Positions 45,562-57,572 are shown, numbered from the stretch's first letter. The stretch is DNA of 64,000 nt from an uncultured Burkholderiales bacterium (GCA_964445085.1 CAYUJV010000001.1:812-64811); one strand, 5' to 3'. Notes: generated from the sequence alone by a model not told the origin. Program-made: numbers and translations.

Positions 45562-48108
45562 TCACCGCTGCCACAGAATGTGCGCGGCTTCCAGCGGCAC
45601 CGCCACGCCGTCGCGCCGCGGTATCATCCGCGGCGTGTAATCCGACGCCGCACGGGCTGCAGGCACCGCTGCGCCATAGGCATAGCCGTTGGCCGCGCCT
45701 ACCAGTTGCCGCACGCGCGTCATCTCCACCCGCTCGGCTTCGGCGCCGCCGCGGCCATCGGCATAGAGCTCGACCCGCACCATTTCCGGATCGAGGTCGT
45801 CCAGATACACCTGCACTTCGAACAGGTGCTGCCCGCCCCGGCTCTCCAACTTCAGCTCGCCGAAGCGCAGCGCACCCCAGGTTTGCGCCAGCATATGGCG
45901 CCAGTCGACGATTTCGGCGCCGGTGGCGCCGTTGGCGGCGGCCCGCCCGCGGTAGGCTGCGGCGGCCGGGAGATAATGGGCTTCGGTATATTCGCGCACC
46001 GCGCGGTTGGTGGAAAAGCGCGGCGTCAGGCGGGCCATGCTCTCCCGCATCCGCGCCACCCAGGCGGTGGGGATGCCCTGTTCGTCGCGGCTATAGAATT
46101 CGGGGATCACCTCGCGTTCCAGCAGGTCGTAGAGCGCGGCCGCCTCGCTGGCGTCCCAGGCGGGATCATCGTCATGCTCCAGGCGGTCGCCCAGCGCCCA
46201 GCCGACTTCCGGCGCGTAGGCTTCCGCCCACCAGCCGTCCAGCTCGGACAGGTTGATGCCGCCGTTGACCAGCACCTTCATGCCGCTGGTTCCGCAGGCT
46301 TCCCACGGGCGCCGCGGCGTGTTGAGCCACACATCCACCCCCTGCACCAGCTGCTCGGTCAGCTGCATGTCGTAGTCGCTGAGGAAGATCGCGTGGGGAC
46401 GCACCTCGGGTCTGCGGATGAAGCGCGTCCATTCCCGGATCAGGGCCTGACCCTCCTGGTCTGCGGGATGGGCCTTGCCGGCGATGATGATCTGCACCGG
46501 GCGCTGCGGATGGGTCAGCAGGCGCAGCAATCGCTCCGGGTCGTGCAGCAGCAGGTTGGGGCGCTTGTAGCTCGCGAAGCGGCGCGCAAACCCGAGCGTC
46601 AGGATGTTGGGGTCGAACAGATGCCTGGCCGCCTCGACCGCCGCCGGCGATGCGCCGGAGGCGGCGAGTTGCCGGGACAGGCGTTGGCGCGCGTACTCGA
46701 CCAGGGCGGTGCTGGCCGCGGTGCGAAACTGCCACAGCCTGGCGTCGGGAATGGCACGGATGCCCTGCTCCAGACTCTCCACCGCCCCCAGCCAGCGGTT
46801 CTTGCCGCAGGCTTCCGTCCACAGCGCATCCGCGGCTGCCGAGTCCCAGGTCGGCATGTGCACGCCATTGGTCACGTGGCCGACCGGGATTTCGTCCTGC
46901 GGCCAGCGCGGGAACAGCGGCGCGAACAGGCGCCGGCTCACCCTGCCGTGCAGGCGGCTCACGCCATTGACCGCGCCGCTACCGCGGATCGCCAGGTAGG
47001 CCATGTTGAACGGCTCCAGCGCATCCTGCGGGTTCCGCCGGCCCAGGGCCAGCAGATCGTGTCGGGAGATGCCGAGCTGCTGCTCGGCATAGGCACCGAG
47101 ATACTGCTCGATGAGCGCCGGCGCGAAGCGATCGAAGCCGGCCGCCACCGCCGTGTGCGTGGTGAACAGGTTGCCCGCCCGGGTGACGGCCAGCGCGACC
47201 TCGAAGCTGCGCCCGCTTGCCGCCATGAAGCTGCGCGCGCGCTCCAGCACCGCGAACGCGGCATGCCCTTCGTTCAGATGGCAGACTTCCGGCTCGACGC
47301 CGAGCGCCGCGAGCAGGCGCCAGCCGCCGATGCCCAGCAGCAATTCCTGCTTCAGGCGCAGCTCCGGCCCGCCGCCATACAGCTCGCTGGTGATGCCGCG
47401 ATGCGCCGGGTAGTTCGCGGCATCGTTGCTGTCCAGCAGGTACAGCTTCACGCGGCCGACCTGCACCTGCCAGGCGCGCAGCCACACCGAGTAGCCGGGC
47501 AGGTCGATCTCCAGGCGCAGCCACTCCCCGTCCGCCTTGCGCAGAGGCGTGATCGGCAACTGCCCGGGGTCGTTGTAGGGGAACAGCGCCTGTTGCGCGC
47601 CGTCCTGGTCGATCACCTGGCGGAAATAGCCCTGCTGGTAGAGCAGCCCCACGCCGACCACCGGGACGCCCAGGTCGCTGGCGGCCTTGAGCTGGTCGCC
47701 GGCCACGTTGCCCAGCCCGCCCGAGTAGATGGGCAGGGCGTCGCTCAGCATGAATTCCATGCTGAAATACGCCACCCCGCCGAGGACAGCCTCGGGATGG
47801 GCCTGCTGAAACCACGCCGGCGCCGCCGCCGCGTCCCGCCTGGCGTGCACCAGATCCTCGACGTCCTTGCGGAAAGCGGGATCGGCCAGGACACGCTGGA
47901 GGGTCTCCCGCGACACCGTCTGCAGCACGACCCAGGGGTTGTGCGTCAGTTCCCACAACACGGGATCCAGCCGCCGCCACACCTGGTCGGTGGCGTGGTT
48001 CCACGCCGAACGCAGGTCCAGGGCAAGCTCGGACAGGGCATCGAATCCCTCCACATCCGCGGACAGGATGCGCTGCTTCGGGTGCCTGCCTCGTGTTGCT
48101 TCGCTCAC
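45562..48108 (-). CDS. glgP: alpha-glucan (glycogen/maltodextrin) phosphorylase family protein
   Basis: 848 aa. [53 protein letters not shown] is typical of the alpha-glucan phosphorylase clade. Confidence 0.85.
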   Translation of the reverse strand: MSEATRGRHPKQRILSADVEGFDALSELALDLRSAWNHATDQVWRRLDPVLWELTHNPWVVLQTVSRETLQRVLADPAFRKDVEDLVHARRDAAAAPAWFQQAHPEAVLGGVAYFSMEFMLSDALPIYSGGLGNVAGDQLKAASDLGVPVVGVGLLYQQGYFRQVIDQDGAQQALFPYNDPGQLPITPLRKADGEWLRLEIDLPGYSVWLRAWQVQVGRVKLYLLDSNDAANYPAHRGITSELYGGGPELRLKQELLLGIGGWRLLAALGVEPEVCHLNEGHAAFAVLERARSFMAASGRSFEVALAVTRAGNLFTTHTAVAAGFDRFAPALIEQYLGAYAEQQLGISRHDLLALGRRNPQDALEPFNMAYLAIRGSGAVNGVSRLHGRVSRRLFAPLFPRWPQDEIPVGHVTNGVHMPTWDSAAADALWTEACGKNRWLGAVESLEQGIRAIPDARLWQFRTAASTALVEYARQRLSRQLAASGASPAAVEAARHLFDPNILTLGFARRFASYKRPNLLLHDPERLLRLLTHPQRPVQIIIAGKAHPADQEGQALIREWTRFIRRPEVRPHAIFLSDYDMQLTEQLVQGVDVWLNTPRRPWEACGTSGMKVLVNGGINLSELDGWWAEAYAPEVGWALGDRLEHDDDPAWDASEAAALYDLLEREVIPEFYSRDEQGIPTAWVARMRESMARLTPRFSTNRAVREYTEAHYLPAAAAYRGRAAANGATGAEIVDWRHMLAQTWGALRFGELKLESRGGQHLFEVQVYLDDLDPEMVRVELYADGRGGAEAERVEMTRVRQLVGAANGYAYGAAVPAARAASDYTPRMIPRRDGVAVPLEAAHILWQR

Positions 48109-48141
48109 CGCCGCTCCTCCGAATTCGGACGCCCTGCCCCG

Positions 48142-49800
48142 CTACTGCGCCGGCGCCGCCAGCGCGGCGCTGACGATGGCCTGCGCTTCCTCTTCGATGC
48201 GGCGCAGATGGTCGGCGTCGCGGAAGCTCTCGGCATAGATCTTGTAGATGTCCTCGGTGCCCGAGGGACGCGCGGCGAACCAGCCGCTCTCGGCGACCAC
48301 CTTCACGCCGCCGAGGGGCGCGCCGTTGCCCGGCGCGTGGGTGAGGATGCGCTGGATCTGTTCGCCCGCCAGCTCGGTGGATTTCACCTGCTGCGTCGAG
48401 AGCCGCGCCAGCACCTGCTTTTGCGCCGGCGTCGCCGGCGCCTCCATGCGATCGTAGACCGGTTCGCCCAGTTCGCGCGTCAGCGCGCGGTAGATTTCGC
48501 CGGGATCGCGCCCCATGCGCGCGGTGATCTCCGCCGCCAGCAAGGCCGGAATCATGCCGTCCTTGTCCGTCGTCCACACGCTGCCATCCCGCCGCACGAA
48601 CGACGCGCCCGCGCTCTCCTCGCCGCCGAAGCCCAGCGTGCCGTCGTGCAAGCCCTGGACGAACCACTTGAAGCCGACCGGCACTTCGTAGAGCGTGCGG
48701 CCGAGCCTGGCGGCGACCCGGTCGATCATCTGGCTGCTGACCATGGTCTTGCCCACCGCCGCATCCCGGCGCCAGTCGGGTCGATGCTGGAACAGGTAGA
48801 AAATGGCGACCGCGAGGTAATGGTTGGGCGGCAGCAGGCCCGCGTTTCTGGTGACGACGCCGTGGCGGTCGTGATCGGTGTCGCAGGCGAAGGCGATGTC
48901 GTAGCGATCCTTGAGGCCGATCAAGCTCTGCATGGCCCAGGACGAGGACGGGTCCATGCGAATCCGGCCGTCCCAATCCACCGTCATGAAGCGGAAGGTC
49001 GGATCGACGGCCTCGTTCACCACCGTGAGGTCGAGGCCGTAGCGCTCGGCGATCGCGCCCCAGTAGCGGACGCCGGCGCCGCCCAGGGGGTCCACCGCCA
49101 TGTGCAGCGTCGCGTCGCGGATCGCCCGCATGTCGAGCACGCGGGCGAGATCGCCGACGTAGGCGTTGAGAAAGTCATGGCGGTGCGTGGTCGCCGCGCG
49201 CCTGGCCTGTTCGAAGGCCATTCTTTTCACGCCCTTCAGGCCGCCTTCCAGCAGCGCGTTGGCGCGGGCTTCGATCCATGCCGTGACGTCCTTGTCCGCC
49301 GGCCCGCCGTTGGGCGGGTTGTACTTGAAGCCGCCGCTGTCGGGCGGATTGTGCGAGGGCGTGATGACGATGCCGTCCGCCAGTCCGGAAACGCGGCCGC
49401 GGTTGTGCACCAGGATGGCATGGGAAATCGCCGGCGTGGGCGTGTATTCGTCCTGCTCCGCGAGCATGACTTCCACGCCATTGGCCGCCAGCACTTCGAG
49501 CGCGCTGGCGAAGGCCGGCTCCGACAGCGCGTGGGTGTCGATCCCGAGAAACAGCGGGCCGTCGATGCCCTGCTGCCGCCGGTAGTCGCAGATGGCCTGG
49601 CTGATGGCGAGCACATGCCACTCGTTGAAGCTGTTGTCGAAGGCGGAGCCGCGATGCCCCGACGTGCCGAACGCGACCCGCTGCCCGGGCAGCGCCGGGT
49701 CGGGTGTGTTGCTGTAGTAGGCGGTGACGAGCCGCGCCACATTGACCAGCATCGCGGCCGGAGCGGGCTTGCCCGCCAGGGGGCTGGTTTGCGTGTCCAT
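48142..49800 (-). CDS. pgm: phosphoglucomutase, alpha-D-glucose phosphate-specific
   Basis: [10 protein letters not shown] active-site Ser loop, ITPSHNPP and GGEESAG. Internal ATG of ORF 48142..50040. Confidence 0.9.
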   Translation of the reverse strand: MDTQTSPLAGKPAPAAMLVNVARLVTAYYSNTPDPALPGQRVAFGTSGHRGSAFDNSFNEWHVLAISQAICDYRRQQGIDGPLFLGIDTHALSEPAFASALEVLAANGVEVMLAEQDEYTPTPAISHAILVHNRGRVSGLADGIVITPSHNPPDSGGFKYNPPNGGPADKDVTAWIEARANALLEGGLKGVKRMAFEQARRAATTHRHDFLNAYVGDLARVLDMRAIRDATLHMAVDPLGGAGVRYWGAIAERYGLDLTVVNEAVDPTFRFMTVDWDGRIRMDPSSSWAMQSLIGLKDRYDIAFACDTDHDRHGVVTRNAGLLPPNHYLAVAIFYLFQHRPDWRRDAAVGKTMVSSQMIDRVAARLGRTLYEVPVGFKWFVQGLHDGTLGFGGEESAGASFVRRDGSVWTTDKDGMIPALLAAEITARMGRDPGEIYRALTRELGEPVYDRMEAPATPAQKQVLARLSTQQVKSTELAGEQIQRILTHAPGNGAPLGGVKVVAESGWFAARPSGTEDIYKIYAESFRDADHLRRIEEEAQAIVSAALAAPAQ

Positions 49801-49816
49801 GAGCGATCCGCCTCGT

Positions 49817-51886
49817 TCAGTGATCAAGGGAATGACAACGCGCCAGCAAGGCCCTCGCCCGCGCGCAGACGTTGTCGACGGTGAAGCCGTATTCGCGCAG
49901 CAGGGCCGCCGCCGGCGCGGAGGCGCCGAAGCGTTCCACGCCGAGGATGTCGCCGCGCGCGCCCACATAGCGCTCCCAGCCTTGCGGCACGCCCAGTTCC
50001 ACCGCGAGCCGCGCCGCCACCGAGGGCGGCAGCACCGCATCGCGCTCGGCCTGGGGCAAGGCCTCGAACAGCTCCCAGCTTGGCATCGACACGCAGCGCA
50101 CGGCGATGCCCTCCACCTGCAGACGTTGCGCAGCGGCCACGATCAGGCTGACTTCGGAACCGCTGGCGATCAGGATCAGCTCGGGCCTGCCGTTCGCCGC
50201 ATCGCTCAACACATAGGCACCGCGCCGCAATCCGTCCGCGGTGGCATAGCGGCTGCGATCGAGTGTGGGCAGTTCCTGCCGGCTCAGTGCCAGCAGCACC
50301 GGCCGGCCGCGGGTTTCCAGCGCGACGCGCCAGGCGACCGCGGTTTCGTTGGCATCGGCGGGACGGATCACGATCAGATTCGGGATCGCGCGCAGGCTCG
50401 CCAGCTGCTCCACCGGCTGGTGGGTGGGGCCGTCCTCGCCCACGGCGATGCTGTCGTGGGTGAAGACATGGATGACGTGCAGACCCATCAATGCCGCCAG
50501 CCGCAGCGAGGGGCGCATGTAGTCGGAGAAGATGAGGAAGGTGGCGCCATAGGGGATGAAGCCGCCGTGGGCGGCGAGGCCGTTGACGATGGCGCCCATG
50601 GCGTGTTCGCGCACGCCGAAGTGCAGATTGCGTCCGGCATGGCTCCAGTCGCCGGTGGAGCCTTGCCGGTCCGCATCCTCCGCCGCCGGCGGGTGGAAAT
50701 CGCCCAGGCCCGCCAGGGCCGTCTTCGTCGACGGGTCGAGGTCGGCGGAGCCGCCGGTCAGCGCCGGCAGCCTGGGCGCGATGGCATTCATCACCTTGCC
50801 GGACGCCTCGCGGGTGGCCAGCCCCTTGGCATCGGCGCCGAAGGCCGGGATGTCCGCATCCCACCCCGGCGGCAGTTCCCCGCGCAGGCGGTGCTGCAGT
50901 TCCTCGGCGAGATCCGGAAATGCCTTGGCGTAGGCACCCAGCGCCGCGTTCCACGCCGCCTCGTGCTGCGCGCCGCGGGTGGCGATTTCGCGGAAACGCG
51001 CCCGCACCGCGTCCGGGATCAGGAAGTCAGGCTCCAGCGGCCAGCCCAGGGCCTGCTTGGTTTTGCGCACGTGCTCTGCGCCGAGCGGCGAGCCGTGCGC
51101 CTTGAAACTGTCCTGTTCGGGCGAGCCGTAGCCGAGGTGCGTGCGCACCAGGATCAGCGACGGCCGCGCCGTTTCCGCCCGCGCCGCGGCCAGGGCGGCG
51201 TCGATGGCGCCAAGGTCGTTGCCGTCGGCCACCGAAACGGTGTGCCAGCCGTAGGCCTCGAACCGGCGGGCGCGGTCTTCGGCGAAGGTGAGGTCGGTGG
51301 CAGCGGCGAGGGTGACGCGGTTGTCGTCGTAGAGACAGATGAGCTTGCCGAGCTTGAGCTGGCCGGCGAGCGAGGCCGCTTCGGACGCCACGCCCTCCAT
51401 CAGGTCGCCGTCGCTGACGAGGGCGTAGGTGTGGTGGTCGATGAGCGCGTGGCCGGGGCGGTTGTAGCGTGCCGCGAGCTGCGCCTCGGCGATCGCCATG
51501 CCCACCGCGTTGCCGAAGCCCTGCCCCAAGGGGCCGGTGGTGGTTTCCACGCCCGGCGTGTGTCCGCGCTCGGGATGTCCGGGCGTCTTGCTGCCCCATT
51601 GGCGGAACTGCCGGAGATCGTCCAGCGTGAGGGCGTAGCCGGCCAGGTGCAACAGACCGTAGAGCAGTGCCGAGCCGTGTCCGGCGGAGAGCACGAAGCG
51701 GTCGCGATTGGCCCAGTTCGGATTCTCCGGGTTGACCCTGAGCCAGCGCGCCCACAGCATGTAGGCCATGGGCGCGGCGCCGAGGGGCAGGCCCGGATGC
51801 CCGCTGTTGGCCTGCTGCACCATGTCCAGCGCGAGGAAGCGCAGGGTGTTGATGCACTGCTGGTCGAGCTGCGGTTCGGCTGTCAT
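49817..51886 (-). CDS. tkt: transketolase
   Basis: [16 protein letters not shown]...[10 protein letters not shown]...[14 protein letters not shown]...SDGDLMEG. Internal ATG of ORF 49817..51946. Confidence 0.9.
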   Translation of the reverse strand: MTAEPQLDQQCINTLRFLALDMVQQANSGHPGLPLGAAPMAYMLWARWLRVNPENPNWANRDRFVLSAGHGSALLYGLLHLAGYALTLDDLRQFRQWGSKTPGHPERGHTPGVETTTGPLGQGFGNAVGMAIAEAQLAARYNRPGHALIDHHTYALVSDGDLMEGVASEAASLAGQLKLGKLICLYDDNRVTLAAATDLTFAEDRARRFEAYGWHTVSVADGNDLGAIDAALAAARAETARPSLILVRTHLGYGSPEQDSFKAHGSPLGAEHVRKTKQALGWPLEPDFLIPDAVRARFREIATRGAQHEAAWNAALGAYAKAFPDLAEELQHRLRGELPPGWDADIPAFGADAKGLATREASGKVMNAIAPRLPALTGGSADLDPSTKTALAGLGDFHPPAAEDADRQGSTGDWSHAGRNLHFGVREHAMGAIVNGLAAHGGFIPYGATFLIFSDYMRPSLRLAALMGLHVIHVFTHDSIAVGEDGPTHQPVEQLASLRAIPNLIVIRPADANETAVAWRVALETRGRPVLLALSRQELPTLDRSRYATADGLRRGAYVLSDAANGRPELILIASGSEVSLIVAAAQRLQVEGIAVRCVSMPSWELFEALPQAERDAVLPPSVAARLAVELGVPQGWERYVGARGDILGVERFGASAPAAALLREYGFTVDNVCARARALLARCHSLDH

Positions 51887-51973
51887 GTTCGTGTTCCTTC
51901 GGGCCGTGTTGCTGGCAATGTTGGTCTCAGCATAGGCATCGGCCATCCCGCTTGCCAGCAGGTGCCGCTGCAG

Positions 51974-53386
51974 TCACTTGCCCGCCGTTGCGAGCACCGG
52001 GTTGTGCCAGCCGCCATCGGCCGCAATCAGCGCGTCCGCCTGCTTCGGCCCCCAGCTGCCGCGCCGGTAGGGGTGCGCCGGCTGGTGCGCCGCCAGGACC
52101 GGGTCGACCACGGCCCAGGCCGCCTCGATCGCGTCCTCGCGCGTGAACAGCGCGCCGTTGCCGGCCATGGCGTCACCCAACAGCCGCGCATAGGGCGGCT
52201 GCACCCCCGGCTGCTCCTCCGACAGGTAGAGCTCGCGCTGCTCGCCGACGAATTCCTCGCCCGGGCGCTTGACCCTTGCGGCGAGGGCGACGGCGGAGTC
52301 CGGCGAGATGCGGAAGCGCAGATAATTGGCCCGCCCCCGCGCCGGCATTGAATCGTCGAACAGGCGCTGCGGCGGCGGCTTCAGTTGCACCAGCACCTCG
52401 GCCGCCGTCGCCGCCAGGCATTTGCCGGAACGCAGGTACCACGGCACCCCTTGCCAGCGCCAGGAATCGATGAACAGCCGCAGGGCGCAGAAGGTCTCGA
52501 CGTCGGACCCCTTCGCCACGCCCGGCTCCCTGCGGTAGCCGACGTACTGGCCGCGCACCACGTCGTCTGGCCGCAGCGGGCGCATGGCCTGGAACACCTT
52601 GGCCTTCTCGCTGTGCACGGCGCCATAGCCCTGGTAGGCCGGCGGCTCCATGGCCAGCAGCGCGACGATCTGGAACAAATGATTCTGGATCACGTCGCGC
52701 AGGCAGCCGGCGCTTTCGTAGAACGCGCCGCGGCCCTTCACGCCGAAGTCCTCGGCCAGGGTGATCTGCACGCTGGAGATGCAGTTGCGGTTCCAGATCG
52801 GCTCGAGGAAGGAATTGGCGAAACGGAAATAGAGGATGTTCATGATCGCCTCCTTTCCGAGATAGTGGTCGATGCGGAAGATCGCATCCTCCGCGAACAC
52901 CGACCGCGCGATGCGGTTGAGCTCCCGCGCCGAAGCCAGATCGCGCCCGAACGGCTTTTCGACGATCACGCGCCCTCCATCGGCCAGCCCCGCCGCCCCG
53001 AGCCCCTTGATCACCGTGGCGAACAGCGCGGGCGGGATGGCAAGGTAGTGTGCCGGGCGCCGGGCATTGCCCAGGACCTGTTTGAGCGCCTGGAACGTCG
53101 CGGGCTCGTTGTAGTCGCCGCCCACGTACCGGAGCAGCGACAGGAGATGGTCGAGGGCGGCGCGGTCGTCGATCTTCCCGGCTTGCCTGATGCCGTCCGC
53201 CACCCGCCTGCGCAGCTGCGCCAGGCTCCACGGCGAACCCGCGACCCCGACCACCGGCACATCGAGCGTGCCGCTCCTCGCCATCGCATAGAGCGCCGGA
53301 AAAATCATCTTGTGGGCGAGATCGCCGGTGACGCCGAAAACCACCAGCGCATCGGCCGGCATCAGGCGGCTGTGGGTATTGAGCAT
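51974..53386 (-). CDS. zwf: glucose-6-phosphate 1-dehydrogenase
   Basis: [27 protein letters not shown] and RIDHYLGKE motifs. The start is uncertain (53422, 53386 or 53362). Confidence 0.88.
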   Translation of the reverse strand: MLNTHSRLMPADALVVFGVTGDLAHKMIFPALYAMARSGTLDVPVVGVAGSPWSLAQLRRRVADGIRQAGKIDDRAALDHLLSLLRYVGGDYNEPATFQALKQVLGNARRPAHYLAIPPALFATVIKGLGAAGLADGGRVIVEKPFGRDLASARELNRIARSVFAEDAIFRIDHYLGKEAIMNILYFRFANSFLEPIWNRNCISSVQITLAEDFGVKGRGAFYESAGCLRDVIQNHLFQIVALLAMEPPAYQGYGAVHSEKAKVFQAMRPLRPDDVVRGQYVGYRREPGVAKGSDVETFCALRLFIDSWRWQGVPWYLRSGKCLAATAAEVLVQLKPPPQRLFDDSMPARGRANYLRFRISPDSAVALAARVKRPGEEFVGEQRELYLSEEQPGVQPPYARLLGDAMAGNGALFTREDAIEAAWAVVDPVLAAHQPAHPYRRGSWGPKQADALIAADGGWHNPVLATAGK

Positions 53387-53519
53387 CGCGGCGCCTTGCT
53401 TTCCTTCGAGTTCGCGCAGCATGGGGTACTACATGAGTACACTCGGCGCCAGGGAAGTTCCGGCCTGCGGGCCTCAGGCCGGCGGGGCGCCGGTTGGGCA
53501 CCAGGGAAACCGCCGGCTT

Positions 53520-54932
53520 TCACATGAGTTTAGCCAACACCAACAGAGCCCGCTCCAGACGCGCGTCCCATGTGCGGGCGCTGGAGAGACGCACAAAATG
53601 CCCATACTTGCCGCTCGCCGAGAAAATCGGGCCGGGCGCGGTACTCACTCCTTCACGGAGCGCACGGCGTGCCAGATTGAAACTGTCTGTTCCCTCCGGC
53701 AACTCTACCCACAGGACAAAACCGCCCCGCGGCTGTGAGATGCGCGTTCCGTCCGGAAAAATCCCCATGACAGCATCGCTCATGCGCGCCACAGCACTCG
53801 CATATCGGCCACGCACCTCGCGCAGGTAACGCTCATAGCGGCCGCTTGCCAGCAACTCAGCCACGGCCAGCTGCGGCGCGGTGGGACTTGCGATACTGGT
53901 GACATATTTCAGATATTCGATGCGTTCCCGCCGCGCCCCGGTTGCCGCCACCCAGCCGACGCGCAATCCGGGCGCCAGCGTCTTCGAAAACGAACTGCAA
54001 TAGAGGATGTCCGCGCGGGGGGCGAGGCTCTTGCAAGTCGCTGGCCGGCGCTGGTCGAACCCAAGGTCGCCGTACACGTCATCCTCGATGAGGGGCACCT
54101 TGTGCTTGCCGAGCAGGCGAACCAGAGCACGCTTGGCCTCGTCCGACATGCAGCAGCCGAGCGGATTGCTGTAATTCGGGGAAAGCACGCAGGCTTTCAC
54201 CGGCCAGCGATCAAGCGCGAAGGCCAGGGTGTCGAGCACAATGCCGTCGCGCGGGTGAGACGGGATTTCCAGTGCTTCCAGCCCGAGCGACTCCAATACA
54301 TGCAACAGGCCATAGAACGTCGGTGATTCAACGGCAACGATATCGCCCGGCTCGGTCACCGCTCGCAATGCGAGGCTCAGCGCCTCCTGGCAGCCGGTGG
54401 TGATGACGACGTCGTCAGCCGAAACGGAGCTTCCCGATTCGCTCATGCGCCGGGCGATCTGGCGGCGCAATTCCGGCGCGCCGGGTGGCATCATGTAGCC
54501 GGCAGCCTGAACGCGCTGGCTGTGCATGACGTGGGACAGCGCCCGCGCAATCGCCTGGGTCGGCAGAAATGACGGATCGGGCACTGCCGCGCCGAGCTGC
54601 ACGATACCCGGATCGTTGGCTGCCTTGATCAGGGCCATCGCCATCGCCTGCCCGGTAACAAGCCTTGGCGGTGTCGCCTTCGCGGTGGTTTGCGGCTCAA
54701 TGGGATGAATGGCCTGGCGCGCGCTCACGTAATAGCCAGAACGTGGCCGCGCCTCGATATGTCCCTTATCAGCAAGCATCTGGTAGGCAGCGACTGCCGT
54801 GGCCACGCTCACGCCACGGCTGCGTGCAAGGCCACGCACACCGGGCAGGCGGTCACCCGGGACATACACCCCGCGGGCAATGTGTTGCGCGATCTCCTCA
54901 GCGACCTGCTGATAGAGCAATTCCATGGACAT
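53520..54932 (-). CDS. MocR-type regulator (GntR HTH fused to a PLP aminotransferase-like domain)
   Basis: N-terminal LPGVRGLARSRGVSVATAVAAYQML HTH and a C-terminal fold-type-I domain with SFSKTLAPGLRVGW. Confidence 0.85.
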   Translation of the reverse strand: MSMELLYQQVAEEIAQHIARGVYVPGDRLPGVRGLARSRGVSVATAVAAYQMLADKGHIEARPRSGYYVSARQAIHPIEPQTTAKATPPRLVTGQAMAMALIKAANDPGIVQLGAAVPDPSFLPTQAIARALSHVMHSQRVQAAGYMMPPGAPELRRQIARRMSESGSSVSADDVVITTGCQEALSLALRAVTEPGDIVAVESPTFYGLLHVLESLGLEALEIPSHPRDGIVLDTLAFALDRWPVKACVLSPNYSNPLGCCMSDEAKRALVRLLGKHKVPLIEDDVYGDLGFDQRRPATCKSLAPRADILYCSSFSKTLAPGLRVGWVAATGARRERIEYLKYVTSIASPTAPQLAVAELLASGRYERYLREVRGRYASAVARMSDAVMGIFPDGTRISQPRGGFVLWVELPEGTDSFNLARRALREGVSTAPGPIFSASGKYGHFVRLSSARTWDARLERALLVLAKLM

Positions 54933-54985
54933 CTCCCAGGCAGTACAGAACCCAGCGACACAACATGTACAGCAATCAAACCATC

Positions 54986-55024
54986 GAATCTGTACCGCAA
55001 CTAAATATCAAAGCTGAATCTGTA
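54986..55024. promoter_or_regulatory. direct repeat GAATCTGTA x2 in the MocR/cupin divergent intergenic region (candidate operator)
   Basis: GAATCTGTA at 54986-54994 and 55016-55024, 30 bp start to start, in an AT-richer spacer. Confidence 0.35.
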
Positions 55025-55084
55025 TTGTTAATCACTTTGGCCTCTAAACTGGAGCAAGTCAACCAATGCCAGGGGTACAAGCGA

Positions 55085-55561
55085 ATGACAAAAGATGGCC
55101 TTGTTGCAATCAATGCGGGTGAAGCACCTTTGCGTGCCAGGCCTTCGGTCTACCCGCCGATGCTGGCAGCCAGAGTCAAGGGGCGAGAGAAGCGCTCCCT
55201 CGGTGATCCATTTGGCTTGAGCCACTTTGGCGTCAATCTGACCCGGCTCCCTCCTGGCGCAGCTTCCTCGTTGCGACACGCCCACACAAGGCAGGACGAA
55301 TTCGTCTACGTCCTCCAGGGAAATCCGACCCTGCATACCAATGAGGGCAAGCTGGAGCTGCGCCCCGGGATGTGCGCGGGCTTCAAGGCCGGGACCGGAA
55401 ATGCCCATTCGCTGATCAATGAAACCGTCGAAGACGTTATTTTCCTGGAGATCGGCGATAGAACGGATGGGGACGAAGTAATCTATCCGGACGACGATTT
55501 GATGGCGCGCTTTGCCGGTGGCGCATGGGCCTTCTCCCACAAGGATGGAACACCCTATTGA
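55085..55561 (+). CDS. cupin domain protein
   Basis: RHAHTRQDEFVYVLQG...GMCAGFKAGTGNAHSLIN (cupin motifs). Internal ATG of ORF 54665..55561. Confidence 0.75.
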   Translation: MTKDGLVAINAGEAPLRARPSVYPPMLAARVKGREKRSLGDPFGLSHFGVNLTRLPPGAASSLRHAHTRQDEFVYVLQGNPTLHTNEGKLELRPGMCAGFKAGTGNAHSLINETVEDVIFLEIGDRTDGDEVIYPDDDLMARFAGGAWAFSHKDGTPY

Positions 55562-55608
55562 TTGCCCGCCTTCATTCGCCAAACCAAGCAATGCGTGCGG
55601 CCAGGTGA

Positions 55609-55779
55609 ATGGATCCCGAGGAGGCAGGACGCCGAGCAACACGCCGTACCGAGGGCGGCTCCATCGATATCGAGTATTACGCCAAACGAGCACGGAAACT
55701 GCGTACCCGACAGATGGGGCTGTGGTTGCGCTGGCTGATGAGCCTGGCTTCCCGGCTTGGAAGGGGGCTCAAACAATGA
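55609..55779 (+). CDS. possible small basic protein (56 aa)
   Basis: MDPEEAGRRATRRTEGGSIDIEYYAKRARKLRTRQMGLWLRWLMSLASRLGRGLKQ. The IDxxYYxxRARxLR motif recalls a family of small alpha/beta-proteobacterial proteins. Below the ORF-track cutoff. Confidence 0.35.
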   Translation: MDPEEAGRRATRRTEGGSIDIEYYAKRARKLRTRQMGLWLRWLMSLASRLGRGLKQ

Positions 55780-55866
55780 GACGGCGGACCCTCATGGTGA
55801 TGCGAGCGCATTGGCAACGCCCGTCCGCGGATTTGACAGCTGCCAACAGACAAAGGAGGGCAGAAC

Positions 55867-56235
55867 ATGACATCACTGGCCCCACGACAGCCGCGTGAAT
55901 TCGCCGAACGCTGGATCGAGGCCTGGAACCGCCATGACCTCGATGCGGTACTCGCGCTCTTTAGTGACGATTTCGAATTCTCTTCGCCATTGATCCAGAC
56001 GTTTGCAGGTGAGTCCTCGGGCCGCCTGATCGGCAAGAACGCCGTGCGGACATACTGGCAGACCGGCCTGTCTCGCCTGCCCGATCTCCATTTCGAGCTG
56101 GTCGACGTGCTGCTCAGCATGGACAGCTTGGCGATTCTGTATCAAGGCCATCGTGGGATTACAGCAGAGGTGCTCACTTTCGGACCAGACGGCCGCGCAG
56201 TGCGTGGGCAGGCCTTTTACCTAGCGGGCACGTAA
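55867..56235 (+). CDS. SnoaL/NTF2-like domain protein
   Basis: FAERWIEAWNRHDLDAVLALFSDDFEFSSP is the typical SnoaL-like opening. Confidence 0.7.
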   Translation: MTSLAPRQPREFAERWIEAWNRHDLDAVLALFSDDFEFSSPLIQTFAGESSGRLIGKNAVRTYWQTGLSRLPDLHFELVDVLLSMDSLAILYQGHRGITAEVLTFGPDGRAVRGQAFYLAGT

Positions 56236-56381
56236 TGCTTGTCTTTGGACCTCACCGCCCCCTCGGCGCCGCGAAGCGGCGCGGACAAGCGGGCCGTCGC
56301 CAGCCTCGCCCGCGTCAAAGGATTTGATCGCTCCACCCCGCGCATCGAGGTCTGAGGGCCGGCGCCACCCGTGACGGAAAC

Positions 56382-56981
56382 ATGATTTATCCGGCCGATA
56401 CCCTTTTGGGACTGATGTCGTACACCGTGGTCATGACGATCACCCCGGGGCCGAACAATCTTCTGCTGTTGTCTTCGGGTTTGAACTTCGGGCTGCGCCG
56501 CACCGGTTGGCATATGGCGGGCATCCTGTCCGGCGTACTGCTGCAAATCTGCATCACTGGCGTTGGATTGGGGGCGCTGTTCGCCCTGGTGCCTGAATTG
56601 CAAACCCTGCTCAAAATGGCAGGCAGTCTTTACATGATCTGGCTTGCGCGAAGGCTATGGCTCACGGACACACTGCAAGCTGCCTCCGCGACCCAAGGCA
56701 TCGGGTACGTGGAGGCGCTGGTCTTCCAGTTCGTGAACCCGAAGACCTGGATCATGGCCACCACCGTGATCGCTGTCTTCGTGCCCGCAGGCGATAGCTA
56801 CGGCGAACGGGTCGTGATGTCGGGTTTGGTCTTCGTTGGCGTCGCGCTGCCATGCATCAGTGTGTGGGCGGCAAGTGGCGCCGGGTTACGCGCGTGCATA
56901 GAAGAATCCGCGGCATTGCGGCAGATAAATCGTGGCTTGGCTTTCCTGTCAGCCGTGACTGCGGGCCTGTTCTGGATTTAG
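56382..56981 (+). CDS. LysE/RhtB-family amino-acid exporter
   Basis: ITPGPNNLLLLSSGLNFG signature. About 6 hydrophobic segments, 199 aa. Confidence 0.8.
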   Translation: MIYPADTLLGLMSYTVVMTITPGPNNLLLLSSGLNFGLRRTGWHMAGILSGVLLQICITGVGLGALFALVPELQTLLKMAGSLYMIWLARRLWLTDTLQAASATQGIGYVEALVFQFVNPKTWIMATTVIAVFVPAGDSYGERVVMSGLVFVGVALPCISVWAASGAGLRACIEESAALRQINRGLAFLSAVTAGLFWI

Positions 56982-57095
56982 CTGAGCGCATGTATGCACA
57001 GTTCACATACGAACAAGGCTAGACGGACGGCGTTTACAGCCTGGCGCCTGAGCCGCGTATTTCAGTCATCCAGCACCACTTCGTCAGGAGAAATT

Positions 57096-57572
57096 ATGAC
57101 CGCCAGGCTTCCCACCCTCGATTACCTGCAACAACTGGTGTCCGGCACCTTGCCAGCCGGCACCATCTCGGAAATGCGATATCCGACCGCCATCTCGCAG
57201 TTGCTGGGTTTCCGGATCGTCGATATAGGGAAGGCATATGCCCGCCTGGAAATGGATGTCGACGCCGATATTCACGGCAACCAGCAAGGCACGGTGCATG
57301 GCGGTCTCTTGAGCGAGTTGGCTGACGCCACCATTGGCACGGCCCACTCGACTGCCATCGAATCGGGCGAGACCTTCACGAGCATCGATCTTCGAGTCAG
57401 CTTCTTCCGGCCGGTGTGGAAGTCTGTTCTGACCGCCACGGCCCGCCCTGTCCAGATCGGTCGGACCATTACTCATTATCAGTGTGAAATTGCCCGTGAA
57501 GACGGCAAGCTGATCGCCATGGCTGCCGGAACAGTCATGACGCTGCGGGGCAGTGCCGCCACAGGGCGCTAA
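57096..57572 (+). CDS. PaaI-family hotdog-fold thioesterase
   Basis: HGNQQGTVHGGLLSELADATIG signature. GGAG RBS. Internal ATG of ORF 56994..57572. Confidence 0.8.
   Translation: MTARLPTLDYLQQLVSGTLPAGTISEMRYPTAISQLLGFRIVDIGKAYARLEMDVDADIHGNQQGTVHGGLLSELADATIGTAHSTAIESGETFTSIDLRVSFFRPVWKSVLTATARPVQIGRTITHYQCEIAREDGKLIAMAAGTVMTLRGSAATGR

Noticed and set aside
55512-55898. 128-aa plus-strand ORF and the overlapping 73-aa and 221-aa minus-strand ORFs in the cupin-SnoaL spacer.
   Set aside because: They have no RBS or family resemblance and they overlap each other. A 56-aa ORF in another frame (55609..55779) with a recognisable small-protein motif explains the region better, though weakly.
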